DNA from: Diploschistes diacapsis
Lineage: Eukaryota
Reading direction: 5' to 3'
Assembly (NCBI GenBank): GCA_023645945.1
Contig: JALAIB010000012.1
Coordinates: 1 to 51,521, forward strand
Length of the DNA stretch: 51,521 nt
Positions 35,600-46,729 of the stretch are shown piece by piece. A program made the translations under genes and the position numbers. Every line of letters starts with the position of its first letter. The stretch's first letter is position 1. The notes below the pieces were generated by a model. It made no database searches and was not told where the DNA came from. It saw only the letters and a program-made list of their open reading frames with translations.

Positions 35600-36553
35600 T
35601 CACGCCCAGTACACTGGACTCCCCTCCGTCCACCTCGCCTCCCTCGTACAAATCCACGTATCTCCCGCCCTACCTCTATTCCCACTCTCCGCCGCACTAA
35701 TCGGCGCACTTGCATACAACCTATATCCATGCTGCTCCAAGACCTCCAGAAGCATAAGCCGCAGCACGCGCGGTTGCTCCGCCTTATCCGGCGGCGCATG
35801 CCACGGCTTACCCTTGAGCCGAATCTTGTAACTCGCCTCACCGACAGGCTTGTTCTTCTGCACGCGCTCGCCCAGCACCCTCACCACCCTCTGCGCCACC
35901 GCCGTTGGCGCATCCACCAGCAGCAGCGTGTCGCCCTCGTAGAAGCTGATGCTCATCCACGCACGCGGCTCCGGCAGGAGGCTCTGATGGCGAAGCACGA
36001 TGGCGGTGCGCCCGTGATGCCGCGGCGCCGGATCAATGGGCCCGACACACGCGACGTAGCCACGGTCAAACAAGCCCTGCAGCGCCAGCGCGCCGAGCCG
36101 CTTCTGCTCGATCACCGCCGCGCTCTTCTTCACGTGGTGCCATGGGTGGCCCTCGAAGTGGATGGTGATGGTTGTGTTGCTACATTTCGTTTCCTTGATG
36201 CCCTTGGGCCACGCACGCTCGAGGACATGCTGGAGCGAGAAGACTTCTTCGCCCGGGATGTTGGTTAAGCAGAGAGTGTTTTTGTCGAAGGTGAGGGAGG
36301 CAAAGCGCGTTTCGATGGCGGAGGGTGGTCGTTGGCCCGTCGTGGTGATGGGACCGAGGGTCGAGGCGGATGGGCCGGTGCCAGTGGTGGAGGAGGTAGG
36401 TGCGAGCGAGGAGGTGGAAAGTGAGAATGGAGGGGTCGAGCTGGGAGCGCTTAGTGATTGAGGGGCCATGGCGGATCGGGTACGGGAGAGAGTAGGGTAT
36501 GGGGGTAAAGGGCCATTGAAGCTGTATTCAAGCGGAGGCTCCTTGGTCTCCAT
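35600..36553 (-). CDS. Uncharacterised fungal protein with N-terminal PY-like motifs and two internal repeats
   Basis: 317-aa intronless ORF. LPPY and PPLEY near the N-terminus; repeated unit (F/W)xxLxF...L.L...P...(I)xFxGxPW (IHFEGHPW / IRLKGKPW). Confidence 0.8.
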   Translation of the reverse strand: METKEPPLEYSFNGPLPPYPTLSRTRSAMAPQSLSAPSSTPPFSLSTSSLAPTSSTTGTGPSASTLGPITTTGQRPPSAIETRFASLTFDKNTLCLTNIPGEEVFSLQHVLERAWPKGIKETKCSNTTITIHFEGHPWHHVKKSAAVIEQKRLGALALQGLFDRGYVACVGPIDPAPRHHGRTAIVLRHQSLLPEPRAWMSISFYEGDTLLLVDAPTAVAQRVVRVLGERVQKNKPVGEASYKIRLKGKPWHAPPDKAEQPRVLRLMLLEVLEQHGYRLYASAPISAAESGNRGRAGDTWICTREARWTEGSPVYWA

Positions 36554-37006
36554 GCTGGATGCTGGAGAAGAAGAAAAAATAGCGGAGGGTGGTTTGGATT
36601 ATGGATACAGTACTTGCTACGCAGAAACAGATTCCGGGTTAGTCGATACATACATAGAAAAACTCCGCGCATAATATTTGATGCAAAAAAAAGCGCCCCC
36701 AGAGAGATGGATTTCACAGCCACAAAGCAGAGACTCATTGATCGAGAGCTGAAGTGACAATGGAGGGCCAGGAAGTGGAATAGACGTGTGGTAATTATTT
36801 CACTATAACTATTCACTTCTCAGTTACAGGCCCTTTACCCTCACCCAAAGGCCATCGAACTTCGGTTATAATATACTCCACGCCCGCCCTAGAAATCCCT
36901 CCCTATATTACATCCTAAACCGAACCCTTACTTACCTCCCACATCCCACTGCGCCCCTCCCTGTACACGACGACTTCTCTCCATCCTCAGCGCACCTTCC
37001 TGGAAA

Positions 37007-37297
37007 ATGCCCCCCTCCTTTCACTCCAAAGAAGCCCAACAATATGTATCCTCTCCCCTCTTCCTCTTCTCCCTTCCCTTCCCCTGTTCCAACTCACCCT
37101 TGGACCCCGCATAGATCCAGCGCAATGTCGTCAATTCTCTCAACACGTGGGGCGAAGGCAGCCGGCAGCACCGCGAAGCCGAGCAATTAATGGCGGAGCA
37201 TGTACGGCGGGGCGAAAAGGATATGCACTTGGTGAAGGAGGAGATCAAGGGGGAAAAGGGAGGCGAGATGAGGTTGGCGTTGAGGATGAAGGGATGA
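37007..37297 (+). CDS. Small two-exon protein (73 aa) absent from the ORF track
   Basis: Exon 1 37007-37045 (MPPSFHSKEAQQY), intron GTATCC...CTCAC...TAG 37046-37114, exon 2 37115-37297 (IQRNVVNSLNTWGEGSRQHREAEQLMAEH...RMKG*). Pyrimidine-rich leader and coding-like composition. Confidence 0.65.
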
Positions 37298-37826
37298 GGG
37301 GGGGGTGAGAGTGGTGCGGAGTGAAGTCCGCGTAGGGTAAGTAGGGGATGTGGAAGGGGTCTCACTGTGGCGTAGAGTACATGGCAAATGGAGGATCTAC
37401 TTGGGGGAAAGCAAAGGAGCAAGCCAAGGGGTTTCTGGGAAAACATGCGACCAAAGTCAAGGTTTGCCTTAAAATTACAGGAGATTGTGTTGAACTGAAA
37501 AAAGCGTTGACCCGAATAACTTCTCAAGACCACGTCCGCCCAGAGCGCAGAGTTTCTCCGCCCTAAGCGACGTGGATATAGCACAGCCCATTCAGTTTCC
37601 ATCCCGTAGGCCCTCCTAGATATGCTAGCAATCGTTAGAGCTATCCCCCATCCCCTTGTTTGCGCCGATAAATGCCTCCGTTGGACACCTTCGCTGTCCG
37701 CGCGCTATGTGAGCTTCAAATAGCATTCGTAGCGTAGCCACGACTTGTGGCTTTGTTATGATCTCTCTATATGAGGACAACATCGCTGTCCACGGAAAAG
37801 GATGTTAAATAAAATACTTGTGCGTA

Positions 37827-39088
37827 TCATTGTATTAGAGGTTTCCGTGAGCCTCCAACCATCGTTATGCCCAGCACGTGCAGGGAATTGTAATCCGTCG
37901 GCCGCACTACTGTCGGTGCCGGAAGCATTGGGTTATCCGGGTCGATCTGCGCCGCGTCTTTGGCCGACTGCTCGATGGCTTCCATTTCGTCTTTGCAGCC
38001 CACGTGATCTAGCGGGCAGACAACGATGGGCTGGCGCAGGAGGATGTCTCTCGCTGACTGCATATGTGCCTATGTCTCTGTTCAGCCCGTGGCTCGGTAT
38101 TCAGGACGCTCGATAACCCTACCTTCACAGTAAGATAATACTCAATCTTGTAGAGACTCGCAGTGGTTGTGAAGCTCCCAACCTGATACGTCGGAAAGGG
38201 TGGCTTGCCCCTCGGCAGTACTCCATCGTTATCCCTTTGGTCCTTTGATGGAAAGACCAGGCCTAGATTCGTGAAGTAACCCTCCGCTGGTAGCTTTACG
38301 CCTACTGCCTGCGTTGTCGTCGATATTGTTTTGATCTTCCGTGATGGCTCGTCTCCCTCATGATTGTAGATGACCTCCTCCTCAATGCTTATCGTAATCG
38401 TCTTGATCGTCACTTTCGTCGCCTTCTTCAGCCAGTCCGGGTTCGGGCTCAGCTTGATATACACGCTCACAGGATCCAGCGGCCCGTATGACCATCTTGG
38501 TAACGATATCCCCAGCGTCACAAGATGGTCGGTTATCCGCTCTGCGGATTCTGGGCGGTTGTACATGCCAAAGGTAGAAAGAGTATCGTAGCGCGAGATG
38601 GGTACCGGAAAGTGATGTTTCCTCTGCTCTGCCGACCCCTGTTGCACCGTAACCACAAGCTCATAGTATGTCTCCGCGGTCCGACTCGGCAGCTGCAGGC
38701 TGGCCGGGGGTACCCGACGCGCTGTTTCCTCGCCCCCGCGCCCGAAAGGAATGAAGAGCACGAACGGCAGGTCCATTGCGTAGAAGTCCTCTTTGTCTCT
38801 GCCAGGCGGAGAGCGCCAGAGCAGCATTTCCCTTCCCACGACATCCGTGAGCTCTTTCCTCGAGGCAGTAAGGTGTTTCTTTGTAACGGAGTTGGCGGAT
38901 GGATGTATTGTTTCCCTGCGCCAGAGGGATATTGTGACAAGGGAGACGGCGACCGGTGCTGATATTCCTGCCGAAGGGCGGACCTCCACCTTACCTTCCA
39001 GTCGCGGCAGAGTTGCGCTAATGCCGGGGAAGCCGACAAGCATATGCTGGTTGGGAATTTGGCTGACGACGCGGACGAATGCCGCCAT
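37827..39088 (-). CDS. Arrestin-fold domain protein, 2 exons
   Basis: VGFPGISATLPRLEGKVEVR, MDLPFVLFIP, PPASLQLPSRTAETYYEL, RYDTLSTFG, YKIEYYLTVK|AHMQSARDILLRQPIVV. Confidence 0.85.
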
Positions 39089-39613
39089 AGTACAATGGAT
39101 GCGAGCTCGTTGTAGCTCCCATTACGGGAGAAGGCGGCGGGCTGCTGCAGCTATTGTAGCAAGTGCATTGGTGGCTATCTTGAGAAGCCGAGACAGTACC
39201 TGGAAAGTTTTTGTTTGTACATGTGCAACAACCAGGAGGATGGCGACAAAGCAAACATACAGGGCTATAGGTATACTACAAGTAACCTAACAATGACAGT
39301 AGATTTGGAGCTCACCACCGTTGTGCATAGACCCGAAACGGCCATCAACTTATCAGCCCGCTCGCCGGATGCGAACCACAGCTTTGCAAAGGCTAGCTCT
39401 AAATCGTAAAACACATCATATACGCTGCACAAAACAAATGTTTCAACGACCTTTTTTTTTTAAACCCCGTTTCTCAATGACTTCAATCCTTCTCTGCACA
39501 TCAGATCGCCAAGAGGGAACTTAGAGACCTGTCAGTGGCCGGGGGACAACCTTGCTTATTATCCTCTGAACTTCAAATACCTCCTCTGCAGAGGTCACAT
39601 ACTGTCAGAAAGA

Positions 39614-40203
39614 ATGTCTGTGACAGTAAGGTTGCACTGAATTTAGCATTAAGTTTTCCTGACTTACAAGCAGCTCCATACGGATCTAGGTGACATCAAG
39701 CTCGAAGTTTTTTGCGAAAGCGTGCCGAGAACAGCGGAGGTAGGTTCTAAGGGCGGTTTATATCATTTATTGGTCTACCATACTGATACGTATAGAACTT
39801 TCTGGCTCTATGTGCTTCTTCTGCCTATGATGGATCACCCATTCACCGTCTGGTCCCATCTTTCATGTTCCAAACTGGATCTCCGGCTTCCGCTGGCCCA
39901 AAGACATCAACTTCAATATGGGATGAACCATTTGAAGATGAGATCAAGCCTTCCTTACGACACAATAGCCGAGGAATAGTCAGTATGGCCAACAAGGGAC
40001 CTATGACCAATGGAAGCCAATTTTTTGTGTGCTTTGCTCCTGCACCGCATTTGGATGGCAAGAACACCGTTTTCGGCAAAGTCTTGACGGGCGATGATGT
40101 TCTTGACAAGCTTGAAGCTGTTGAAACTGATGGCAAGAACCGCCCGAAGCAGAAGGTCGCCATCAAGAACGTGACAATTCATGCCAACCCCCTCGCAGGG
40201 TGA
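39614..40203 (+). CDS. CYP10: Peptidyl-prolyl isomerase-like 3 (cyclophilin Cyp10/PPIL3), 3 exons
   Basis: MSVT|LHTDLGDIKLEVFCESVPRTAE|NFLALCAS, FHRL, SMANKGPMTNGSQFF, HLDGKNTVFG, VTIHANPLAG. Confidence 0.93.
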
Positions 40204-40285
40204 CAGGATGCCCGAGCCACTGTCGCAAGGATCTTATGAATTATTGCAGACGTTGAGGGTAGACCCAATTTCTCGAAGGAAAACT

Positions 40286-41772
40286 TCATCTTCGTGTGCT
40301 TGGGATATTCTGTTTAACGTATTCGCCTTCAGCATTCAGCTCTGTACGCATGTCAGCCAGGCCCAATTCCTCTTCCTCCTCATTTGTCCGTTGGTAATCT
40401 TCTGTGCGAATCTGCGGGTCGGGTTCTGGTGCTGTGTAGCTTTGGACGTAGCTACTAGCCAACGGATCCTCCAACTCGATCGTATAGGATATTTCCGCTC
40501 TGATCGCCTGATTCAGCTTTGAGAAGAATGCATCCCAAGCCGCTCTCTGCCCCGAGGATATGGAATCCCCACCCGCCAAGTCAGGGTCTGAATCCTCAAA
40601 GATAGAGCTGTGAAGATCATCTCGCACCTGAGTTAGAAGGCCTTCTACCGTCGTAAAACGTCCTCCCATACTACCAGGCTGTACTTCGAGCTCGCAGTCA
40701 GGGATCTTTAAACAGCAGCTTTCAGCCTTAAGGAGGTCGCGTTTAAGATCCTCTGGCCCTCTGACATCGAGCCAGATCCTCTGCCCTTTTTCAGGAACTT
40801 CACCACCTGTCTTAACATCATTTGAACGATAGCCGCAGTGTTCGCATGTAACAGCGCTGACAATGACTTGTTTAAAGTACGGGATACTTATAAGAGTCAT
40901 GTTAATTGCCGCTGGCTTGCCGCAACCGGGACACGCTGTTGGGAGGGTGTATGGCTTTCCTTCCACTATTTCCGAGTCTTCTGCACCATCTGTGGCCATG
41001 TCCGAAACGTCTTTGACGGTTGTCGACGATCCATCTTGCGACTCTACCGTAGTCTGATCCGGATAAGGTTGCAAGCCAAGGGTAGCATTTTGCTGGGGCG
41101 TTCTCTTGTATTTGATGCTCCTGTATTTTCCAGCACCATCATGGGGGGAAGGCTGTATTTGCGAGTTTCCGGCAGGGTCGTCAATGCTCATCACAACTGG
41201 GAATAATTTACCTTCCACCATGTCTTGGAGCTTCTGAACGATATCCGCCACTTTCTGAAACACGTCTGGTTGTTGCTCTTTCCTGTGATGTTGCAATTTT
41301 TCAAGATCCTCCATTATATTCGTCAAAAAGCCTTCAACGTTGGACAGCCTTCCGGGTCCTGGCGGAGCTTCAAGATCGAGGCTGTCAACCTTTAAAGTTG
41401 CGGACTCGCTTTTTACAATCTGCCTTTGGAGGTCGTCTGGGCTATCCGCTCTAAGCATGATCTTAACACCGTGCTCTTTAATCTCGCCAGCTGACTGGAT
41501 CTCATTATTCTTAAAGCCACAATTCTCGCATTGAAAGGCCATAAGAATGATCTCATGGAAGAACGGGATTTTTGTCAACAAAAGCCGCGTGATGCCCTAG
41601 TAGGATGTCAGTCGCCTGGCCGCTAAATGCAGCGCAGAGAACCACTAACACTTTGCTCACAATTGACACAGAAACTTTCAATCTCTTCAACGACGCTCTG
41701 ATCTATGGCTTCGTTCGTAGCGTCGATATCGTTCGCTTGGTAGCCAATGGATTGGAACGTTGATTTGGCCAT
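40286..41772 (-). CDS. ZPR1: Zinc finger chaperone ZPR1, 2 exons
   Basis: IESFCVNCEQS|GITRLLLTKIPFFHEIILMAFQCENCG; second finger CPGC...IPYFKQV...CEHCGYRSNDVKTGG; GRFTTVEGLL; DPLASSYVQ. Confidence 0.95.
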
Positions 41773-42304
41773 GTCTTCGGCTAGACAATCTGTCGTGCAC
41801 AGAGAGGCCTAACTTCTGCCTCAGAGCAGCTTAGACCTTGGCCTTGGATCTTGAGTTTTAAAGGTTTTTGATGGCTGGCCTGCGAAATGTCTGATCAGAG
41901 CTGCTCGAGCGAAACCAGTGACAAGGTTCAAGACTGTGCGATAGGGAAACTTTTGGCCTCTGGAAATATACTGCGAAACGTTTCACATAAACGTTGAACA
42001 GATTTTGGTTTTATTCTTGTCGCTCGAATCTTTCTTGCCCCTCGGTGCGTCATCGTGCTTAGCCCCCCACCTACGCGAAGCGCGCTGAAGGGCACTGAAA
42101 GAACGAATTCTGTTGCCGAGATGTTATGTTCACAATCTGCCCATCTCGTAGTTAGTAGATCAGCAGCATGTTTACTATTCAAGCTTAGTTTCACCAGCGG
42201 CATTCACGGCGGTCCAGCAAGCCTATGTCTATGAGTCTGCGCTCGAGGCTTCAACCATTTTTCAGGCCTGGGAGACAAGCGTTACCAAAAGACATCGAAC
42301 TTCC

Positions 42305-42901
42305 TCATATAGCACACATAAAGTCCATAAGATCCAAACTCCTCTCCGCTTTTGCCTTGTCGTCTTCTGCTTTCGCCATGGCGAGAAGACCGCCTTTCTG
42401 GCGCTTCTTGCGGCTTCGAAAAGACGCCGATCTTTTGGTCTGCTTTTCACTCTCTGTGATTACAGTGCTCGACATATTTGCTTCCGAAGTATGATATGGT
42501 CTCGCATTCCGCACCCTCGATTTGGTAGGCAGAGGGTGCACCGTCTCTCTACGGCAGCCAAGGCACTCCTCGATTAGCAATTTCTCTAGTGGACCCCTTT
42601 GAAGCTTGCGTCCTTGGCTCCTTGCTTTCACAGAGGTTTCCGCGGCAGTCCGGTCGTGTGCAGTAGTTTCTTTCGACGTTTGCCGTGACTTGGTGTATTT
42701 GCGGGATGTAAGCCCCGTTACTAGGAGGGTGCCGCATGCTTGACAAGCAGCGGCCGGGTCGGGCTTGGGTTTCTTGTCTAGACTTGAGCACAACTCTAGA
42801 CGCTCTGCCATTAGATGTGCAGAGGTCGAGGGCGAAGTAGTAGCGTAGATACGAGCTGCTGTGGAGAGAAAGCGGGTGCGGGCTTCTACCAGGGAGGCCA
42901 T
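42305..42901 (-). CDS. RNase P/MRP Rpr2/Rpp21/Snm1-domain protein
   Basis: 198 aa; RFLSTAA...SPSTSAHL, zinc pairs ACQACGTLL and CLGC, basic C-terminus and LDLMDFM end. Confidence 0.75.
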   Translation of the reverse strand: MASLVEARTRFLSTAARIYATTSPSTSAHLMAERLELCSSLDKKPKPDPAAACQACGTLLVTGLTSRKYTKSRQTSKETTAHDRTAAETSVKARSQGRKLQRGPLEKLLIEECLGCRRETVHPLPTKSRVRNARPYHTSEANMSSTVITESEKQTKRSASFRSRKKRQKGGLLAMAKAEDDKAKAERSLDLMDFMCAI

Positions 42902-43170
42902 GGTGAGTGAAGTTTATCGCTCACAGTACTTGAATTGGTGTTCACAACTAGAAGGTACCAAAATCGATATGATAACTTAAATGCTAGGTGGCAAGGGAAG
43001 GGAGCGCAGAATTGAACAAATTCTTATTGTAGTTGAAATCTGACCTAGCTTTAGTACGGAATTATTCCCCCAAAATAATTAAAGATATATGCGTTAAAAC
43101 GTGGGCGTTGGAAATATATGAAATCTTACTTGTGAAATTCTATTGTCGCCAGGTAATGTACATTGAGAAG

Positions 43171-44980
43171 ATGGAACCTCCGCCAGAGCCACTTCTGCGC
43201 ACTGAGAACGGAGTAAGGGTAGCCATTGAAGGCTGTGTACGTTATCCAATGAGGTTAAATGCATATTACCAGTAGCTAACACGAATCGAAGGGCCATGGA
43301 ACCCTTACTGCAATCTACAGCTCCGTGGCCAAAGCCTGCGAAGTCAAGGGCTGGGACGACGTCGACGTTCTCCTCATCGGCGGCGACTTCCAAGTACGAA
43401 AGCAGCGTCCTCTTCATATCCTCATGATATCGAGCACCAATTGCCGGTGTCCCCCGAAGATCCTTTCTGAAATCTAGCAGGCTATCCGCAATCCCACCGA
43501 CCTAACCACTATGTCCGTGCCCCCCAAGTACCGCGCTCTCGGCGACTTCCCGTCCTACTACTCTGGCGCTTCTCAGGCTCCCTATCTGACGCTATTTGTC
43601 GGCGGTAATCATGAAGCCTCTTCGCACCTCTTCGAGCTCTACTACGGCGGCTGGGTCGCGCCAAACATCTACTACCTCGGCGCTGCCAACGTTGTCTGGG
43701 TTGGACCACTACGCATTACCGGCCTTTCCGGGATATGGAAGGGGCACGATTACCGCAAGCCGCATCATGAGCGGCTGCCGTATAGCCCGGACGATGTCAA
43801 AAGTATTTACCATGTAAGAGAGTGGGACGTGAGGAAGCTGTTGCTGCTGAGAAGTCAGGTCGATGTGGGGATGAGTCATGATTGGCCGCAAGGAGTGGAA
43901 TGGTGTGGTGATTGGAAGAGGTTGTTTCGGGAGAAGAGGGGCTTTGAGGAAGATGCGAGGAGCGGGAAATTGGGGAGCGTGGCGGCAAAACAGGTGATGC
44001 AGAGGCTAAGGCCAAAGTATTGGTTTTCGGCGCACTTACATTGTAAGTTTGCGGCTGTTGTGGAGCATGGAGAGGGAACGGGCTTGAGTCAATCGGCTGA
44101 GAAGGTTGAGGGTGCAGTCGGTGGTGAGAAAGCAGGGGCTAACGGCGAGCAAACGGAGAAACAATTTGCAGCGAACGAGGAAGAGATCGAAATCGATTTG
44201 GAGGACTCCGACGACAATAAACAGCCCATAGCATCCAGCTCTAAGTCTTCAGCGAATGTTCAGGACCCCAACGGTGTCTCGGGCGTCTCGGAGGACCTGC
44301 GAGCCCAGTTACCGGAATCGTTTCGACGCAATGCGAACCACATAGACAATACCGGGTCCACTGAGTATTTACCGTTCCCTGATGCCATCCAGAACAAAAG
44401 CACAAACTTCCTTGCCCTCGACAAATGCCTGCCAGGTCGGAAGTTCCTCCAGCTTTCGGAGATCTCTCCAATTAGTGAAAGTGGCTCAACTCGGAGTGAG
44501 CGGCCTCTAAGTTTTACTTATGACAGGGAATGGCTCGCCATTAACCGAGTTTTTGCGAATAGTCTTGTGGTAGGAGACGACAAAGCGCGAGTACCAAGGG
44601 ATCAAGGCGAAGCCCAATACAGACTACAGATCGAGAAAGAGGAAAGATGGGTAGAAGAGAGCGTCATCAGTCAGCACAAGCTGGCCATACCACAGAATTT
44701 TCAACACACAGCTCCAATATACCACCCGCAAGGTAGGCAGGCACATCAACAGCAGGCCTTGGAGTACACGAACCCACAGACGAGCCAGTTCTGCTCGTTA
44801 CTCCAAATCCCAAACCCCTTTGATCTCAGTCCTGACGTGAGGGAGGAAAGGATACGGAGGGCTCCAGTCCTTCACTCACAGCAAGACTTATATAGAGGGG
44901 GGAGAGGCGGAGGTGGAGGCCGCGGGTGGCGTGGCGACCGAGGAGGCCACAACAGAGGGCGAGGGAGATCGCGCTATTGA
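43171..44980 (+). CDS. DBR1: RNA lariat debranching enzyme, 3 exons
   Basis: RVAIEGC|GHG, LIGGDFQ|AIRN, MSVPPKYR, GGNHEAS, SHDWP, WFSAHLH, FLALDKCLPGRKFLQ; RGG-rich tail. Confidence 0.95.
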
Positions 44981-45061
44981 TGTTATAATGAGAGCCATCG
45001 TGGGTGTAGCAAACTTCATGCTTATCCAAGAGGCGTGATAATCTGTCCGACGCATAAGGTA

Positions 45062-46256
45062 TCAATAGCAGATGGTTCTTGTTCGATGATGGGGGATCAT
45101 TTCTATGCCTTCCTCCTCCTTCTCTTTGGAAGTATCATAAAGGAAGAAGTCGATCAAGATGGCGTTAACTTGTGAACGAGGATCCAAAAGCAGAATTTGT
45201 CGGCGGATCAACTCAATACACCAAATACTGCAGCCCCTGAGCTGAACCTCCCAGCTATGACCGTGCTCAATTGGCTGGAGTTTTCGAATGCGGTGATTTA
45301 GTGGCGGACTGTACTGGATGCAGCCAAGCATGTGTAACATTTGGGGGACACGATAATCTATGATGTTTCAGTCGACAAGAAACAACCAAAGGAGGGAGGT
45401 TCTCAGACCAGCGAACATGGTTATATTATCTATGTCTCCAAATTGGCCAAAGCTAATACCTTCAAAACAAGCCCAGAGGTCCGCAACAAATATTTGGGCT
45501 CGCTTGTAGAGGCGCACACGCTTCCCATAGAATAAGGCCTCGTCACGGAAAGAAGGAAACTCTCGGACAATGAGATTTACCAAAGCAGCTGCGGAGCCAT
45601 TTGCTTGATTGATGAGCTTGACTATAGAGCATTCAAATCTCTAAAGAGATTAACCTAGCAGAAAACCATGGGTGAAGCGAACTGACCTCGTACAAGATCT
45701 CCCCGGCTTCTCTGAGGATTGAGATTCGTTCGTCAAGCATAGGCATGAGGGTAGAAGTAGAGGAACGGAATATATGTTTCAATATTTCATCGGTACATTC
45801 TTCTCTATCCTGCCAAAAATCTGGGCTCGTGACTGGGATGCCTTCGCTAAGAGCGCGCTGCAAAGCCGCCACCAAGCTCCAGTACCCAGTCCACTGCCTG
45901 CCTTCATAATCTACCGAGTAAGCTTCAGCCAAAGTATCGCCAGACCAGAATGAGAAATTCAACAGATCCATTGTGAAAATGAAGTTGACAGTGTCCTCAG
46001 TCCTAGCCTTGGGGTGCAATGGATGCGTGGACCATGTCTTTGAAGAGTATCCCTTTTCCTGCATCACCTGCCATATCATAGATGCTGCTGCTTTCGTGTT
46101 AAACGAGTCAATAGCAACATCAATGGAATTGTCATAGATGTATTGCGCATCTCGTAGAACCTTTGTATCTGCTGGCTCAGCTTTGACGGAGCCCTTGAGG
46201 CCGAGAGACTGCTGCAGAAGCTGGAGAAGCTCTTTGTCTACTTCATCATCCGACAT
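45062..46256 (-). CDS. QNG1: Queuosine salvage protein / Q-nucleotide N-glycosylase (DUF2419), 3 exons
   Basis: MSDDEVDKELL, WSTHPLHP, FIFTMDLLNFSFW, TGYWSLVAAL, FPSFRD, YKRAQIFVADLW, ITMFA|DYRVPQ, EVQLRG, PHHRTRTICY. Confidence 0.92.
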
Positions 46257-46729
46257 TCTATGCGAAATATAGATGTTCCCATAAAGTATATTCCCTAAGC
46301 CCAGATCGGAAATGAAGGAAGAATGTTTCCAACCATGTAGAGCTGGGGAGGAGCAGGTTATACGAATCACTTAAGAGATTTTAGTTGTTAAAGTGATCAT
46401 CCGAGCCGGCCTTACAAGGCTGTGTTGCGCTCAGAAGCTAAACCTTAATTCCATGCAGGCTTTTCCTGAAAACTAAAGTGGTCGCAACGCCCGACACCCG
46501 TTCCTCGCGCTGCCGCTTCTCTTTCAACATCACCACGCACTACTCTTTCTTCCACCACCTCACGCGGCTGCCAGCATTTTCTCTTTTGTGATAGCAATGC
46601 AATAGGCCTTTGCTGCATGTCGCGGTCTCACTCACTCACTCAGTCCCCATGCGCCACTTCTAATCCGCTAGCCTTTCCATCACTTTGCGCTCTCAGCCTC
46701 TTAATCACCTATCCAACACTTCCAGAAGT

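Noticed and set aside
35585..36268. 227-aa plus-strand ORF, and similar long antisense ORFs over TYW2, NUD1, arrestin and EME1
   Set aside because: Shadow ORFs opposite GC-rich genuine genes; no recognisable motifs.
37021..37602. 193-aa minus-strand ORF
   Set aside because: Low-complexity antisense shadow of the plus-strand two-exon gene and its 3' region.
39452..39520. U6 snRNA-like words (CAGAGAAG..ATT, CATTGAGA) on the minus strand upstream of CYP10
   Set aside because: Lacks the ACAGAGA-AGC/ISL core, and the T-tract is on the wrong strand for a Pol III terminator.
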